From contig JAXGRO010000006.1 in the NCBI GenBank assembly GCA_040765825.1, positions 4,203 to 68,202 on the forward strand: DNA of 64,000 nucleotides, written 5' to 3'. Of the stretch, positions 27,028 to 35,919 are shown one piece after another (within the stretch, counting starts at the first letter, position 1; each line of letters opens with the position of its first letter). The notes beneath the pieces are model-generated. The model was not told where the DNA came from. It did not search any database and worked only from the letters and a program-made list of their open reading frames with translations. The stretch comes from Methanomassiliicoccales archaeon. Lineage in GTDB: Archaea; Thermoplasmatota; Thermoplasmata; Methanomassiliicoccales; UBA472. Position numbers and translations under genes: made by a program.

Positions 27028-27809
27028 TCAGCCTCCGGGCCATGAAGGCCGCCCTGAAGCAGCAGTCCATCCACTTCTTCGTGGACCCGCAGTGGGTGAT
27101 CCCCAGCATCATCGCCCCCTTCATCTTCACCACCGTGACCCTGTTCCTGTTCAGGCATACCGGGGGGGACCTCCTGCTGTACGCCGTGCTGGGCGGCGGA
27201 GTCCTGGGCATGTGGGGGAACACCATACACAGCAGCAGCTGGTCCATAGGGTACGACCGCATGAACGGCACCCTGGAGGCCATAATGGTGACCCCCGCCC
27301 CGCTGTCCTCGGTGGTCTTCGGGCGCTGCCTTTGGAACTCCTTCCTGGGGCTCCTGAACGCCCTGGCGGTGTTCCTGGTGGCCCAGTTCGCCTTCGGCAT
27401 AGACGTGGCCCTGAACGACCCCCTGGGTTTCGTCGTCGCCCTGTTCGCCACCCTGCTGTCGCTCTCGGTGCTGGGAATGGTCTTCGGGGCCTTCTACGTG
27501 GTGACCCGGGCCTCCAGCGCCTTCTTCCAGATACTGGAGTTCCCCATCTACGTGCTCTCGGGGGCGGTGTTCCCCCTGATGATACTGCCGGAGTGGAGCC
27601 GCCCCTTCTCGTACGTCATCCCGGCCACCTGGGGCGCGGAGGCCCTCAAGATATCCACCTTCGCCGGATACGACTCCCTGGGCCTGGGGTTCTCCGGAGC
27701 GCTGGGCCTCACGGCCCTGACCACGATCGTCTACCTGCTGCTGTCCTTCCAGCTTTTCTCCTACCTGGAGAGCAAGGCCAAGGTCAACGGCTCCCTGGTG
27801 AGGTATTGA
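27024..27809 (+). CDS. ABC-2 type transporter permease 1
   Basis: Six-TM profile. The ATG at 27024 overlaps the ATPase stop (ATGA). Paralogous to the next gene. Confidence 0.8.
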   Translation: MISLRAMKAALKQQSIHFFVDPQWVIPSIIAPFIFTTVTLFLFRHTGGDLLLYAVLGGGVLGMWGNTIHSSSWSIGYDRMNGTLEAIMVTPAPLSSVVFGRCLWNSFLGLLNALAVFLVAQFAFGIDVALNDPLGFVVALFATLLSLSVLGMVFGAFYVVTRASSAFFQILEFPIYVLSGAVFPLMILPEWSRPFSYVIPATWGAEALKISTFAGYDSLGLGFSGALGLTALTTIVYLLLSFQLFSYLESKAKVNGSLVRY

Positions 27810-27810
27810 G

Positions 27811-28605
27811 ATGCTGCGGGACGTGATCGGGGTGAAGGCCTCTGCGCTGGTGGCCATGCGCTCGCAGTTCGCGGTGGTGGGCCCGGTGCTGTGGATGGTG
27901 CAGATACTCTCCACCTCCCTATTCCAGATGTGGTTCTTCGTGCTGGTCAGCGACTTCGCCGACGATCCCGGGGCCGGACCTGCGTACGTGGCCCTGGGCA
28001 ATGCCGTTTCGTCCCTGACCTACGCGGCCGTTTACGGGGTGACCATGTCCGCGGGGGCGGAGAAGCACATAGGCACCATGGCCACCATAATGTCCACGCC
28101 CACGCGCATGTTCTACGTGTTCCTGGGCAAGGGGGCGTACCAGTCGCTGATCGGCCTCTTCACCGTGAGCATGTCCCTGCTCTTCGCCTCCCTGTTCTTC
28201 GGGGTGGACCTGACCTACGCGGAGCCGGCGGCCCTGGCGGCGGTGCTCCTGGTCACCTGCTTCAGCATGGTGGGCTTCGGCATGGTCATCGGCAGCGTGG
28301 GCGTGTACCTGCGCTCGTCCATGATCCTCGGCTCGGTGGTGCTGTACCTGGGGCTGCTGCTCTGCGGGGTGAACTTCCCCATCTCCTACCTGCCGGGATG
28401 GCTGCAGCCCGCCTCGTACGTGTTCCCGCTCACCTACGGGGTGGAGGCGGTTCGCCAGGTGGCCGCGGGGGCCGGGCTTCCGGAGGTGTACGGCCTCCTG
28501 GCCCTCATGCTGGCCCTGGGGACCGCCTTCTACGTCCTGGCCTACCTGCTGTTCGACTTCTTCGAGAGGCTGGCCCTGAAGAGCGGCTCCCTGGACGTGT
28601 TCTGA
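27811..28605 (+). CDS. ABC-2 type transporter permease 2
   Basis: Six-TM profile. It starts 2 nt after the previous stop. Confidence 0.8.
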   Translation: MLRDVIGVKASALVAMRSQFAVVGPVLWMVQILSTSLFQMWFFVLVSDFADDPGAGPAYVALGNAVSSLTYAAVYGVTMSAGAEKHIGTMATIMSTPTRMFYVFLGKGAYQSLIGLFTVSMSLLFASLFFGVDLTYAEPAALAAVLLVTCFSMVGFGMVIGSVGVYLRSSMILGSVVLYLGLLLCGVNFPISYLPGWLQPASYVFPLTYGVEAVRQVAAGAGLPEVYGLLALMLALGTAFYVLAYLLFDFFERLALKSGSLDVF

Positions 28606-28992
28606 TCACAGCAGCCCCAGGACGATGAGCGCGGCGCTGATCAGGGCGTAGGACAGGTAGGAATAGGAGAACTGTCCGCGGAGCAGCGATCGGGAGGCCT
28701 CCTTGAGCCCGTCCTTGGATATCAGCACCTGGACGGCCCTGACCAGCAATATCGTGCCCAGGAGGGCGATCAGGAGCGAGCGTCCGGCCTCCGCGGTGAA
28801 GTGCAGGTACCAGAGAGCGGCCACCCCGGCCAGGGACCCCGAGATGAGCGCCCAGGCCCAGGCCGGCCTTCCGGACTCCCTGCCGGCGTCGGCGAGCAAT
28901 CTGGCCCAGCGCAGGGGGAGCGCCCTGGTGGACAGCAGCAGAAGGGCGCTGATGGACCCCAGGAACACGCTGAAGGCGGAAAGGAACTCCAT
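28606..28992 (-). CDS. Hypothetical small membrane protein (4 TM)
   Basis: 128-aa hydrophobic ORF with four helix-length segments. No family recognised. Confidence 0.5.
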   Translation of the reverse strand: MEFLSAFSVFLGSISALLLLSTRALPLRWARLLADAGRESGRPAWAWALISGSLAGVAALWYLHFTAEAGRSLLIALLGTILLVRAVQVLISKDGLKEASRSLLRGQFSYSYLSYALISAALIVLGLL

Positions 28993-29015
28993 GGCATATA
29001 AAAATATAGCGCTGA

Positions 29016-29483
29016 TTATTTAAGTTCTTGCACCGGACCCTCCTTGCGGGCCCGCTCCACGTCCCCTACCAGGATCCAATCGTCCAGGGTGTGGAAGTCC
29101 CGGCGGGTGAAGCGGAATCGGGGGACCTCCTGGAAGCGGTCCACGGTGACCAGCACCAGGTAGCGCTTCCCGGCCATGCGTAGGAACTGGGCCTCCGATA
29201 GCCAGAGCGGCCTCCGGAACTGCTCCAGCATGGCCTCGCTCTCCTCGTGACCCAGCTTGGGGGAGTCGAAGACCTTGATCACCCCTCCCCGCCCGTAGAT
29301 TATCTGGCGCCCGTCGTTCTCCGTGAAGTAGAGGGTGTCCCCTACCTTGACCTTCCCGTAGGGGGACCGGCGGCCGTTGTAGGCCCTGGCCACCATGGTC
29401 TTGTCCCCCCGGCGCATGGCCTCCAGGGCGCCGGCGGGCTTGTCCAAGTACACGATGTGGTCCATCCACACCCTGATGGCCAC
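29016..29483 (-). CDS. Hypothetical protein, ASCH/PUA-like beta-barrel suspected
   Basis: EAMRRGDKTMVAR....GKVKVGDTLYF...GGVIKVF resembles the ASCH-domain pattern. Weak, by eye only. Confidence 0.4.
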   Translation of the reverse strand: MAIRVWMDHIVYLDKPAGALEAMRRGDKTMVARAYNGRRSPYGKVKVGDTLYFTENDGRQIIYGRGGVIKVFDSPKLGHEESEAMLEQFRRPLWLSEAQFLRMAGKRYLVLVTVDRFQEVPRFRFTRRDFHTLDDWILVGDVERARKEGPVQELK

Positions 29484-29511
29484 GGTAGGATAAAACAGAT
29501 TTCCCGTCCTT

Positions 29512-31011
29512 TCAGTGTACCGGGTGCAGAATGGTCAGCTGCCTGACGCCCTCGCCGTGGTCGAACGGCATCACGTAGCAGTCCATGGCCTGGACGGAAC
29601 CGTCCTTGCAGGACACCAGGCAGGGCATTATCATCCGGCCGTCATCGCTAGCCCGGCGCACCTCGCTGCCCTGCCTCCGGGGGCGCATGATGGCCGAGGG
29701 ACCCCCCAGGGCGTTGAGCTCGGCGACGCTGTAGCCCAGGCTGCGGACCAGTATGCGGTTCACGGAGATGACCCTTCCATCGGCCGAGCTCACCATGACC
29801 GGGTGCGGGCAGCCGTTCATGGTCCCCCGGAAGGAGCCCTCGGGGTCCTGGGCCTCCATGGCCATGGCCCCGGCCCGGTCCCACATCTCCTGCATCTGCC
29901 GGGGATTGGCGCTCCTCTGGCGGGCTATGACCACTATGCGGTCCACGCGTTCCATCATCTTTATGGGGACCAGCCTGAGCTCGGCCTCCACGCGCCCCGC
30001 CGCGGCGTCCAGGGACACGTCCACGATGGTGCTGCACCCGTACTGGAAGATCTCCTCGAATATCCTCCGCCCGCTGCTGGGAGCCCCTGGGAACAGCTCG
30101 TACACGCCGCGGCCCTCGTAGGACGTGGGCATGCCCGCGTCCTCCAGGTACCGGACGAAGGTCTGGTTGCCGTTGGTGACCCGCAGCTCGCGGTCCACCA
30201 TGAACACCATATCCTCGATCGCGTCCAGCATGGTGCGCAGGTTGATGTCGGCCTGCAGCAGGGAGAACTCCATCATCTTCCGCCGCAGGACCTCGCCCTG
30301 CAGCTCGCGGTTGACCCTGGCCAGCCGGGACCTCTCCTCCTCCGCGCTCAGGCGCTCCTCCTGCTCGACCCTGATATTGTCGAGGAGGTGGAACAGGTCG
30401 CGGTTGGGGTCCGCGACGCCCTCCCCCATGCTGGGCAGGTAATAGGAGTTGCGGCTGAGCACCCCGTCGATAATCACCATGGGATAGGAGGCCAGGGACC
30501 GGAGCAGGAACTCGGGCGACAGCAAGGACATGTCATAGAGGCAGACGACCGTTAAGTTCAGTTCCTCCCGGACCGCGTCCAGGTCCCTCCAGGCCCGGTC
30601 CGACGGCACCTGCGCGGCCAGGTCCTCGGGCACGTTCAGGATCAGGCGGGCCCCGGAATACCCAAGCGCCCTCGCCTGTTTGGCGAACGCCCGCATCTGC
30701 TCCCCGATGGTCGCCTCGGACATGCGGCCGATGTTGGCCCTGTCCATGTGTATCAGGACCACGGACGGGTGCATGTCCAGGTCCAGTCCCCCGTCCCTCA
30801 GGAGCTCCCTGAGCCGGGCCGGGGGCGTGCGGCACACGAAGGCGCACATCTCCCTCTGCTCGATGCTGTCCCTGAGCAGGCAGGCCACGGTGTCCAGCAC
30901 ATCCTCCAGGCGGCGGTAGAAGACCGCAGCCTTCTCCCCGGGGGGCAGCGGGGACGGTACGCGGGGTGGAACGGTTGAGGTTTCGATCTGCGGACCATCC
31001 GAACCGGCCAC
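29512..31011 (-). CDS. Sensor protein: N-terminal MEDS domain, coiled coil, two PAS domains, no recognisable output domain
   Basis: MEDS-like pattern (REMCAFVC.., LTVVCLYDMSLLSPEFLLRSLASYPMVIIDGVLSRNSYY). An E/R-rich coiled-coil segment follows, then two PAS-like modules (MLDAIEDMVFMVD...; HPVMVSSADGRVISVN...). GTG start. Confidence 0.7.
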   Translation of the reverse strand: MAGSDGPQIETSTVPPRVPSPLPPGEKAAVFYRRLEDVLDTVACLLRDSIEQREMCAFVCRTPPARLRELLRDGGLDLDMHPSVVLIHMDRANIGRMSEATIGEQMRAFAKQARALGYSGARLILNVPEDLAAQVPSDRAWRDLDAVREELNLTVVCLYDMSLLSPEFLLRSLASYPMVIIDGVLSRNSYYLPSMGEGVADPNRDLFHLLDNIRVEQEERLSAEEERSRLARVNRELQGEVLRRKMMEFSLLQADINLRTMLDAIEDMVFMVDRELRVTNGNQTFVRYLEDAGMPTSYEGRGVYELFPGAPSSGRRIFEEIFQYGCSTIVDVSLDAAAGRVEAELRLVPIKMMERVDRIVVIARQRSANPRQMQEMWDRAGAMAMEAQDPEGSFRGTMNGCPHPVMVSSADGRVISVNRILVRSLGYSVAELNALGGPSAIMRPRRQGSEVRRASDDGRMIMPCLVSCKDGSVQAMDCYVMPFDHGEGVRQLTILHPVH

Positions 31012-31032
31012 ATTTGGGTGATACCGTTCGAT

Positions 31033-31041
31033 TTTTTATAA
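31033..31041. promoter_or_regulatory. AT-rich TATA-like element in the divergent MEDS-sensor / dcd spacer
   Basis: TTTTTATAA is centred about 27 nt upstream of the minus-strand GTG at 31011. A second element, CGATAATTCT (31071-31080), lies about 27-36 nt upstream of the dcd ATG. Confidence 0.35.
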
Positions 31042-31106
31042 GTTGGTCTGATCTTTCTTGAAGTGAGGAACGATAATTCTAATTCACCGGGCTCCGTTCC
31101 ACCATC

Positions 31107-31595
31107 ATGTGCCTAGTCCCCGACCATGAGATCGAATCGAGGATGCGCGACGGTACGCTGGTCATCACCGACTTCTCCCCGGAGAGCCTGACCCCCAACG
31201 GTTACGACCTGCGGGTGGCCGAGGCGCGCCTGGAAGGGGGTGAGAGCGTCACCTCCGGAACTTTCATCATCCCCCCGGGCCGGCTGTTCTTCGTCTCCAC
31301 CGTGGAGCGCGTGGAGCTGCCGGACGATCTGGCGGCGCAGCTGTGGACCAGGACCTCATGGCTGCGGAAGGGGCTGCTCATGGGACTGGGAAAGATAGAT
31401 GCTGGCTTCCATGGGACGCTCACCTTCAGCGGGTTCAACGCCTCGTCCGTTCCCGTGGAACTGCCCATCGGCAGCCGGATGGTGCAGATGGTGCTGGAGC
31501 ACATGCGCTCCCCGGTGGAGCGCACCTACGCCAGACGCAGCGGGAACTATCAGGACCAGCGCGGGATAACCCTAAAGCCATCCGGCAAGGAGTAA
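31107..31595 (+). CDS. dcd: dCTP deaminase / dUTPase-superfamily protein
   Basis: NGYDLRV, the S..R.GL...G.IDAGF.G motif and a VQMV strand are typical of the archaeal Dcd/Dut fold. At 162 aa it is compact. Confidence 0.75.
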   Translation: MCLVPDHEIESRMRDGTLVITDFSPESLTPNGYDLRVAEARLEGGESVTSGTFIIPPGRLFFVSTVERVELPDDLAAQLWTRTSWLRKGLLMGLGKIDAGFHGTLTFSGFNASSVPVELPIGSRMVQMVLEHMRSPVERTYARRSGNYQDQRGITLKPSGKE

Positions 31596-32582
31596 GTCCG
31601 CCGAGAACACCGAGGCCGTGGGGGAATAGGTCTTCAGCTCCTCGCTGCGCAGCACCTCCAGCTCCACGCCCATGCCGTTGGCGATGCGCCGCAGGTCCTC
31701 CAGCACGCCATGGAAGTCGTTGCGGTCGCAGATGTGGTACAGGTGCATAACCCCGCCCAGCTTCAGGCGGGTCAGGGCGTCGGCGAAGAAGTCAATGGCC
31801 GAATGCGGCAGGTTCATGACCACCCGGTCGGCGCAGGGCAGGTCGAACACCCACTGCCGGGCGTCGCCCTCCAGGGGAACGACTCCCTCTACCTTGTTCA
31901 GATGGATGTTCTCGATCATCAGCTGCACCGCATCAGGGTTGAGGTCGATGGCGTAGACCGCGGCCGGACGCGCCAGCTTGGCGATCATGATGGCGAAGGG
32001 GCCCACGCCGGAGAACATGTCCACCACCACCTCCCCCTCCCTCACCAGGGAGGCGATCCTGCGCCTCTCGTTCGAAAGCCGGGGATTGAAGTAGGCCTTC
32101 CGGGGATCGACCCTGAAGCGCAGCCCGTATTCGGTATGAACGGTCCCGCTGACGTCCTGGCCGGCGATGGCCTCCAGGTCCAGCGTGCGGAACTCCCCCA
32201 CGACGCCATGGTCCAGGAACACCGAGCGCAGGCGGGGGAACGCCGCCATGAGCGCGCCGCCGACCTCCTTGGCGTAGGCCAGCAGCTCATCCGGAAGGCG
32301 GACGATGGCGATGTCGCCCAGGGTGTCGAAGGCCGTGGGCAGCAGCGGCCTCAGCTCCTCGGGGACCTTGGCCAGGGCCTTGTAGTCGCGCTCCTCCCGC
32401 TCCCTCTCCTTGAAGTCGCGCTCCTCGGCGGGCATTCCCGCCGGGGCGGAGGTCACCGGCAGGTAAAGGTGCTCCTGGTCCCTTTCGACGTACAGCGATT
32501 GGTCCAGCAGCCCCTCCTCTAAAAGCTTTTTACGGAGGGACTCTCCTTCACCCTTCAGAACCCTGACGCAAAGGGAACGCAC
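31572..32582 (-). CDS. trm5: tRNA (guanine37-N1)-methyltransferase Trm5 (Met-10+ family)
   Basis: FDTLGDIAIV, SAM motif VVDMFSGVGPFAI and catalytic VMNLPH. GTG start. Its 3' end overlaps dcd convergently. Confidence 0.8.
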   Translation of the reverse strand: MRSLCVRVLKGEGESLRKKLLEEGLLDQSLYVERDQEHLYLPVTSAPAGMPAEERDFKEREREERDYKALAKVPEELRPLLPTAFDTLGDIAIVRLPDELLAYAKEVGGALMAAFPRLRSVFLDHGVVGEFRTLDLEAIAGQDVSGTVHTEYGLRFRVDPRKAYFNPRLSNERRRIASLVREGEVVVDMFSGVGPFAIMIAKLARPAAVYAIDLNPDAVQLMIENIHLNKVEGVVPLEGDARQWVFDLPCADRVVMNLPHSAIDFFADALTRLKLGGVMHLYHICDRNDFHGVLEDLRRIANGMGVELEVLRSEELKTYSPTASVFSADLLLAGWL

Positions 32583-32591
32583 GGTGTTGCC

Positions 32592-33392
32592 ATGGGAGAA
32601 TTGATATTTGTTGGTTTAGGGCTGGGAGGGGTGGACGACCTCAGCGCCAGGGCGCTTGCGGCCCTGCGGGAATGCGACCGGGTGTTCGGGGAGTTCTACA
32701 CCTCCAGGCTCATCGACTCCACCCCGGACGACCTGGAGACGGCCATCGGCAAGAAGATCATCAGGCTGTGCCGGAAGGAGGTCGAGGAGGACGAGGTGGT
32801 CATCGAGGCCGCAAGGAAGGGCAAGGTGGCCTTCGTCACCGCCGGGGACACCATGGCCGCCACCACCCACGTGGACCTGAGGATCCAGGCCATGGAGGAG
32901 GGCATACCCACCCAGGTGTTCTACGGCGTTTCCATATTCAGCGCCTGCGCCTCCGCGCTGGGGCTGCAGCCGTACAAGTTCGGGAGGACGGTGACCATCC
33001 CCTTCCCGGAACCGGGCTACACCCCCCTTTCCCCGTACGAGAACATTTTCGAGAACTGGTCACGGGGGCTGCACACCCTGGTGCTGCTGGACATCCGGGA
33101 GGAGGAGGGGCGGTACATGACCGCCAACCAGGCGGTGCAATGGCTGCTGGACGCGGAGCGGGCCAAGGGGCTGGGGATGATCACCCCGTCCACGGTGATC
33201 TGCGCCGCGGCGCGGGTAGGCTCTCGCACGGAGAAGGTGGCCGCCGGCTACCCATCGAGGATGCTCGATGAGGACATGGGCCCGCCGCTGCACGCCGTGG
33301 TGGTCCCGGGCAAGCTGCACTTCATCGAGGCTTACGCGCTGGTGAGGTTCGCCGGGGCGCCGGAGGAGATCGCCGAGGATCAGAACCTGTAG
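32592..33392 (+). CDS. dph5: Diphthine synthase
   Basis: Tetrapyrrole-methylase fold with LIFVGLGLG and TAGDTMAATTH motifs. About 266 aa, as for archaeal DphB. Confidence 0.85.
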   Translation: MGELIFVGLGLGGVDDLSARALAALRECDRVFGEFYTSRLIDSTPDDLETAIGKKIIRLCRKEVEEDEVVIEAARKGKVAFVTAGDTMAATTHVDLRIQAMEEGIPTQVFYGVSIFSACASALGLQPYKFGRTVTIPFPEPGYTPLSPYENIFENWSRGLHTLVLLDIREEEGRYMTANQAVQWLLDAERAKGLGMITPSTVICAAARVGSRTEKVAAGYPSRMLDEDMGPPLHAVVVPGKLHFIEAYALVRFAGAPEEIAEDQNL

Positions 33393-34318
33393 CCCAGCAG
33401 CAGGGAGACCTTGACCCTGCGGCCCAGCGCCGGGTCGATGTGCGAGGCCACCAGGACCTTCCTGGCGGAGGTCCGACCGGCCAGCTCCATCACGCAATCC
33501 TCCAGGCCGACGCGGTCCGGCTGCCCCTGTCCGACCAGCATCAGGGCGGTGTCCGCCTGGAAGTCGGATGAGGGGAACCACGGCGAGGTCAGGGCGTCCT
33601 CCACGGCCAGCCTCTCCTTCTCCAGCCCCATGCCGTAGCCTATGCCGGCCCGCAGCTCCCTGCGGCCCAGGTGCTCCTTCAGCAGGGGTGTGGCCTCCGC
33701 GGTCAGGCATCCGGAGAGGTCCGCGGGGACCGAAAGCATGATCTGGTCCATGACCGAGAAGGCCTTTCCCAGGGGAAGGTTGGGGGCCAGCTTTATCAGG
33801 GGATCGTTGGCGTATACGGCCACCATGCTGGCCGATCCCTTGAGGCGGGCCAGCCCTTCCTTGGCCATGGACCTGCGGTTGGAGCCCTCCACGGAGAAGG
33901 GCAGGCATACGCTGGCGAAGGTCATGGTGGAGTAATGCGCCAGCTCGGCGATCAGCGGGGATATGTAGCTTCCCGTCTCCCCGCCCAGGCCGCTGAACAA
34001 GAAGAGGACGTCCGGCCGGCCGACGGCCTCCTTCAGCCGTTTCTTCCAGGGAAGGTCGGAGACGTGCAGGGCGGTGGAGGAGCTGGTGCGGGCCACCGCC
34101 ACCTCGCTCCTGCGCAGCAGCACCTGCGGGTGCCCGTTCTGGCCCGCGTCACCCTCCTGGCATATGGTCAAACGCTGGCCGGGCATCTGCGCGGCCATGT
34201 GCCTTCCCGCCCCGCCGATGCCCACCACCAGTACCTCTGGCCGGGGAAGGGCGGATTGGGCGGGAAGCTCGATGACCTCGGGCGGCACAGGTCCATTAAC
34301 GCCCTCCTCGCTTATCAC
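33380..34318 (-). CDS. Divergent FtsZ/tubulin-superfamily paralogue with degenerate GTP-binding motifs
   Basis: VVGIGGAGRHMA (FtsZ GxGGxG strand 1). FSGLGGETGSYISPLIAE stands in place of the tubulin signature GGGTGSG. Also present are CLPFSVEGSNRR...A..GL..L (FtsZ PFxFEGxxR) and YANDPL. The T3 GLGAG and NTD motifs are absent. Confidence 0.65.
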   Translation of the reverse strand: MISEEGVNGPVPPEVIELPAQSALPRPEVLVVGIGGAGRHMAAQMPGQRLTICQEGDAGQNGHPQVLLRRSEVAVARTSSSTALHVSDLPWKKRLKEAVGRPDVLFLFSGLGGETGSYISPLIAELAHYSTMTFASVCLPFSVEGSNRRSMAKEGLARLKGSASMVAVYANDPLIKLAPNLPLGKAFSVMDQIMLSVPADLSGCLTAEATPLLKEHLGRRELRAGIGYGMGLEKERLAVEDALTSPWFPSSDFQADTALMLVGQGQPDRVGLEDCVMELAGRTSARKVLVASHIDPALGRRVKVSLLLGYRF

Positions 34319-34356
34319 ATTTTCACCGCACCCTCAGAAATTACTATACCCCCAGG

Positions 34357-35910
34357 ATGTCATCGTCCGCCCGGATGAGCGAGCTGGGAAGGGTTTTCGG
34401 CAACCGGGTTATGGAACTGCGCTTCCGCACCTCCGAGGCGGAGGACCTGCAGGTGGGAGAGATGCTGGTGGTGGAGGCCGACCAGGCCAAGTTCCTGGTG
34501 CGCACCATGGACATCCTGTACGGGGCGGATTCGGATGACGACGACTGGCTGCCGAGGCAGGCCGGGGTGGCCCTCCGGGACGGGAGCGGCGAATACGATT
34601 ACGAGAGGGTGAGGAGCGCCCTCTACAAGGTGGGGGTGTGCACTCCCCTGGGATGCCTGAAGGAGGGCGGCTACCGCAAGGCCAAGTCCATCCCCCGGCA
34701 CTTCTCCTCCGTGCGCAGGGCGGACCAGGGCGACTACGATTTCCTGAGGCCCATGATGGGGGACGTGGAGGTCGGACGGCTGCGCTCCGGCGACCGCGTG
34801 CTGGACTTCCGGGTGGGCGTGGAATCCAGGTCCTTCCCGCACCATGTGGGCATCTTCGCCACCACTGGTATGGGCAAGAGCAACCTGATGAAGTCCCTGG
34901 CCCTCTCGTGCATGGAATCCAGACGCTGCGGCTTCCTGATCCTGGACCCGCACGGCGAGTACTTCGACGGCGGGGAGCGCAACAAGCGCGGACTCTCCCA
35001 TTCCAAGCTGGCCCCGGAGGCCCTGGACGTCTACTCCTCCCGCCGGCTGGACGGCCCTCACAACTCCATTCACATCTCCAGCGCGGAGATCGAGATACCG
35101 GACCTGGCCAACCTGTACGAGTTCACCGGGGCCCAGCTGGAATGCCTGCAGGCCTCCCAGTGGAAGTACGGCGAGAGGTGGCTGGAGGAGCTTCGGGACC
35201 GCAGCGTGGCCAACATCGTGAATGACCTGAACGGGCGTTTCCACGAGGGCAGCGTGAACGTGATAAAACGCCGTCTGGACTCCATATTCAAGTACGACCT
35301 CATCACCACCGACCGCGGGCTGAGCATGACCAAGGCGGTGATCTCCGCCCTGCAGAACGGCAGGACCGTGCTGGTGGACACCTCCAACATGTTCGAGGCC
35401 GAGGAGCTGCTGGTCTCCACCGTGCTGGTGCGGGCGGTCTTCGAGCACAACAAGGCCATGTATTCCGACAAGCCCCGCTTCGAGAGGGCCCCGCCGGTGC
35501 TGATCGCCCTGGAGGAGGCGCAGCGCGTGCTCTCGCAGTCCAAGGGCACGGTCTTCGCGCAGCTGGCCAGGGAGGGGCGCAAGTTCAAGGTCGGGCTGTG
35601 CGCCGTATCGCAGCAGCCCAAGCTGATCAACGAGGAGATCATCTCCCAGTTCAACACCCTGTTCATCCTGGGGCTGGCGGACAAGCGCGACCGGGACATC
35701 CTGCGCAACTCGGCGAAGCAGGACATATCCATGCTGGACAACGAGATACAGATGCTGATGCCCGGCGAGGCCCTGGTATCCTCCCCGTTCACGCCCTTCG
35801 CCATCCCCTGCCGGGTGCACCTCTACGAGGAATACCTGGAGGAATCGAACCTCCGGGCGGGGGAAATAAAAAATAAGGTCAAGAGGGATGTGGGGCAGAC
35901 TTTCTTCTGA
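34357..35910 (+). CDS. herA: HerA-type (FtsK/HerA superfamily, DUF87) hexameric DNA helicase/translocase
   Basis: N-terminal barrel-like region, Walker A ATTGMGKSN, the LDPHGEY motif, Walker B LIALEEAQ, and REGRKFKVGLCAVSQQP (Arg finger region). Confidence 0.8.
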   Translation: MSSSARMSELGRVFGNRVMELRFRTSEAEDLQVGEMLVVEADQAKFLVRTMDILYGADSDDDDWLPRQAGVALRDGSGEYDYERVRSALYKVGVCTPLGCLKEGGYRKAKSIPRHFSSVRRADQGDYDFLRPMMGDVEVGRLRSGDRVLDFRVGVESRSFPHHVGIFATTGMGKSNLMKSLALSCMESRRCGFLILDPHGEYFDGGERNKRGLSHSKLAPEALDVYSSRRLDGPHNSIHISSAEIEIPDLANLYEFTGAQLECLQASQWKYGERWLEELRDRSVANIVNDLNGRFHEGSVNVIKRRLDSIFKYDLITTDRGLSMTKAVISALQNGRTVLVDTSNMFEAEELLVSTVLVRAVFEHNKAMYSDKPRFERAPPVLIALEEAQRVLSQSKGTVFAQLAREGRKFKVGLCAVSQQPKLINEEIISQFNTLFILGLADKRDRDILRNSAKQDISMLDNEIQMLMPGEALVSSPFTPFAIPCRVHLYEEYLEESNLRAGEIKNKVKRDVGQTFF

Positions 35911-35919
35911 GGGGCAAAC

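Noticed and set aside
33380-34318. NurA nuclease as the herA-adjacent gene
   Set aside because: The sequence shows FtsZ/tubulin landmarks (GIGGAG, GLGGETGS, PFSVEG..R, NDPL). It lacks the NurA-type N-terminal acidic DGS-like catalytic pattern.
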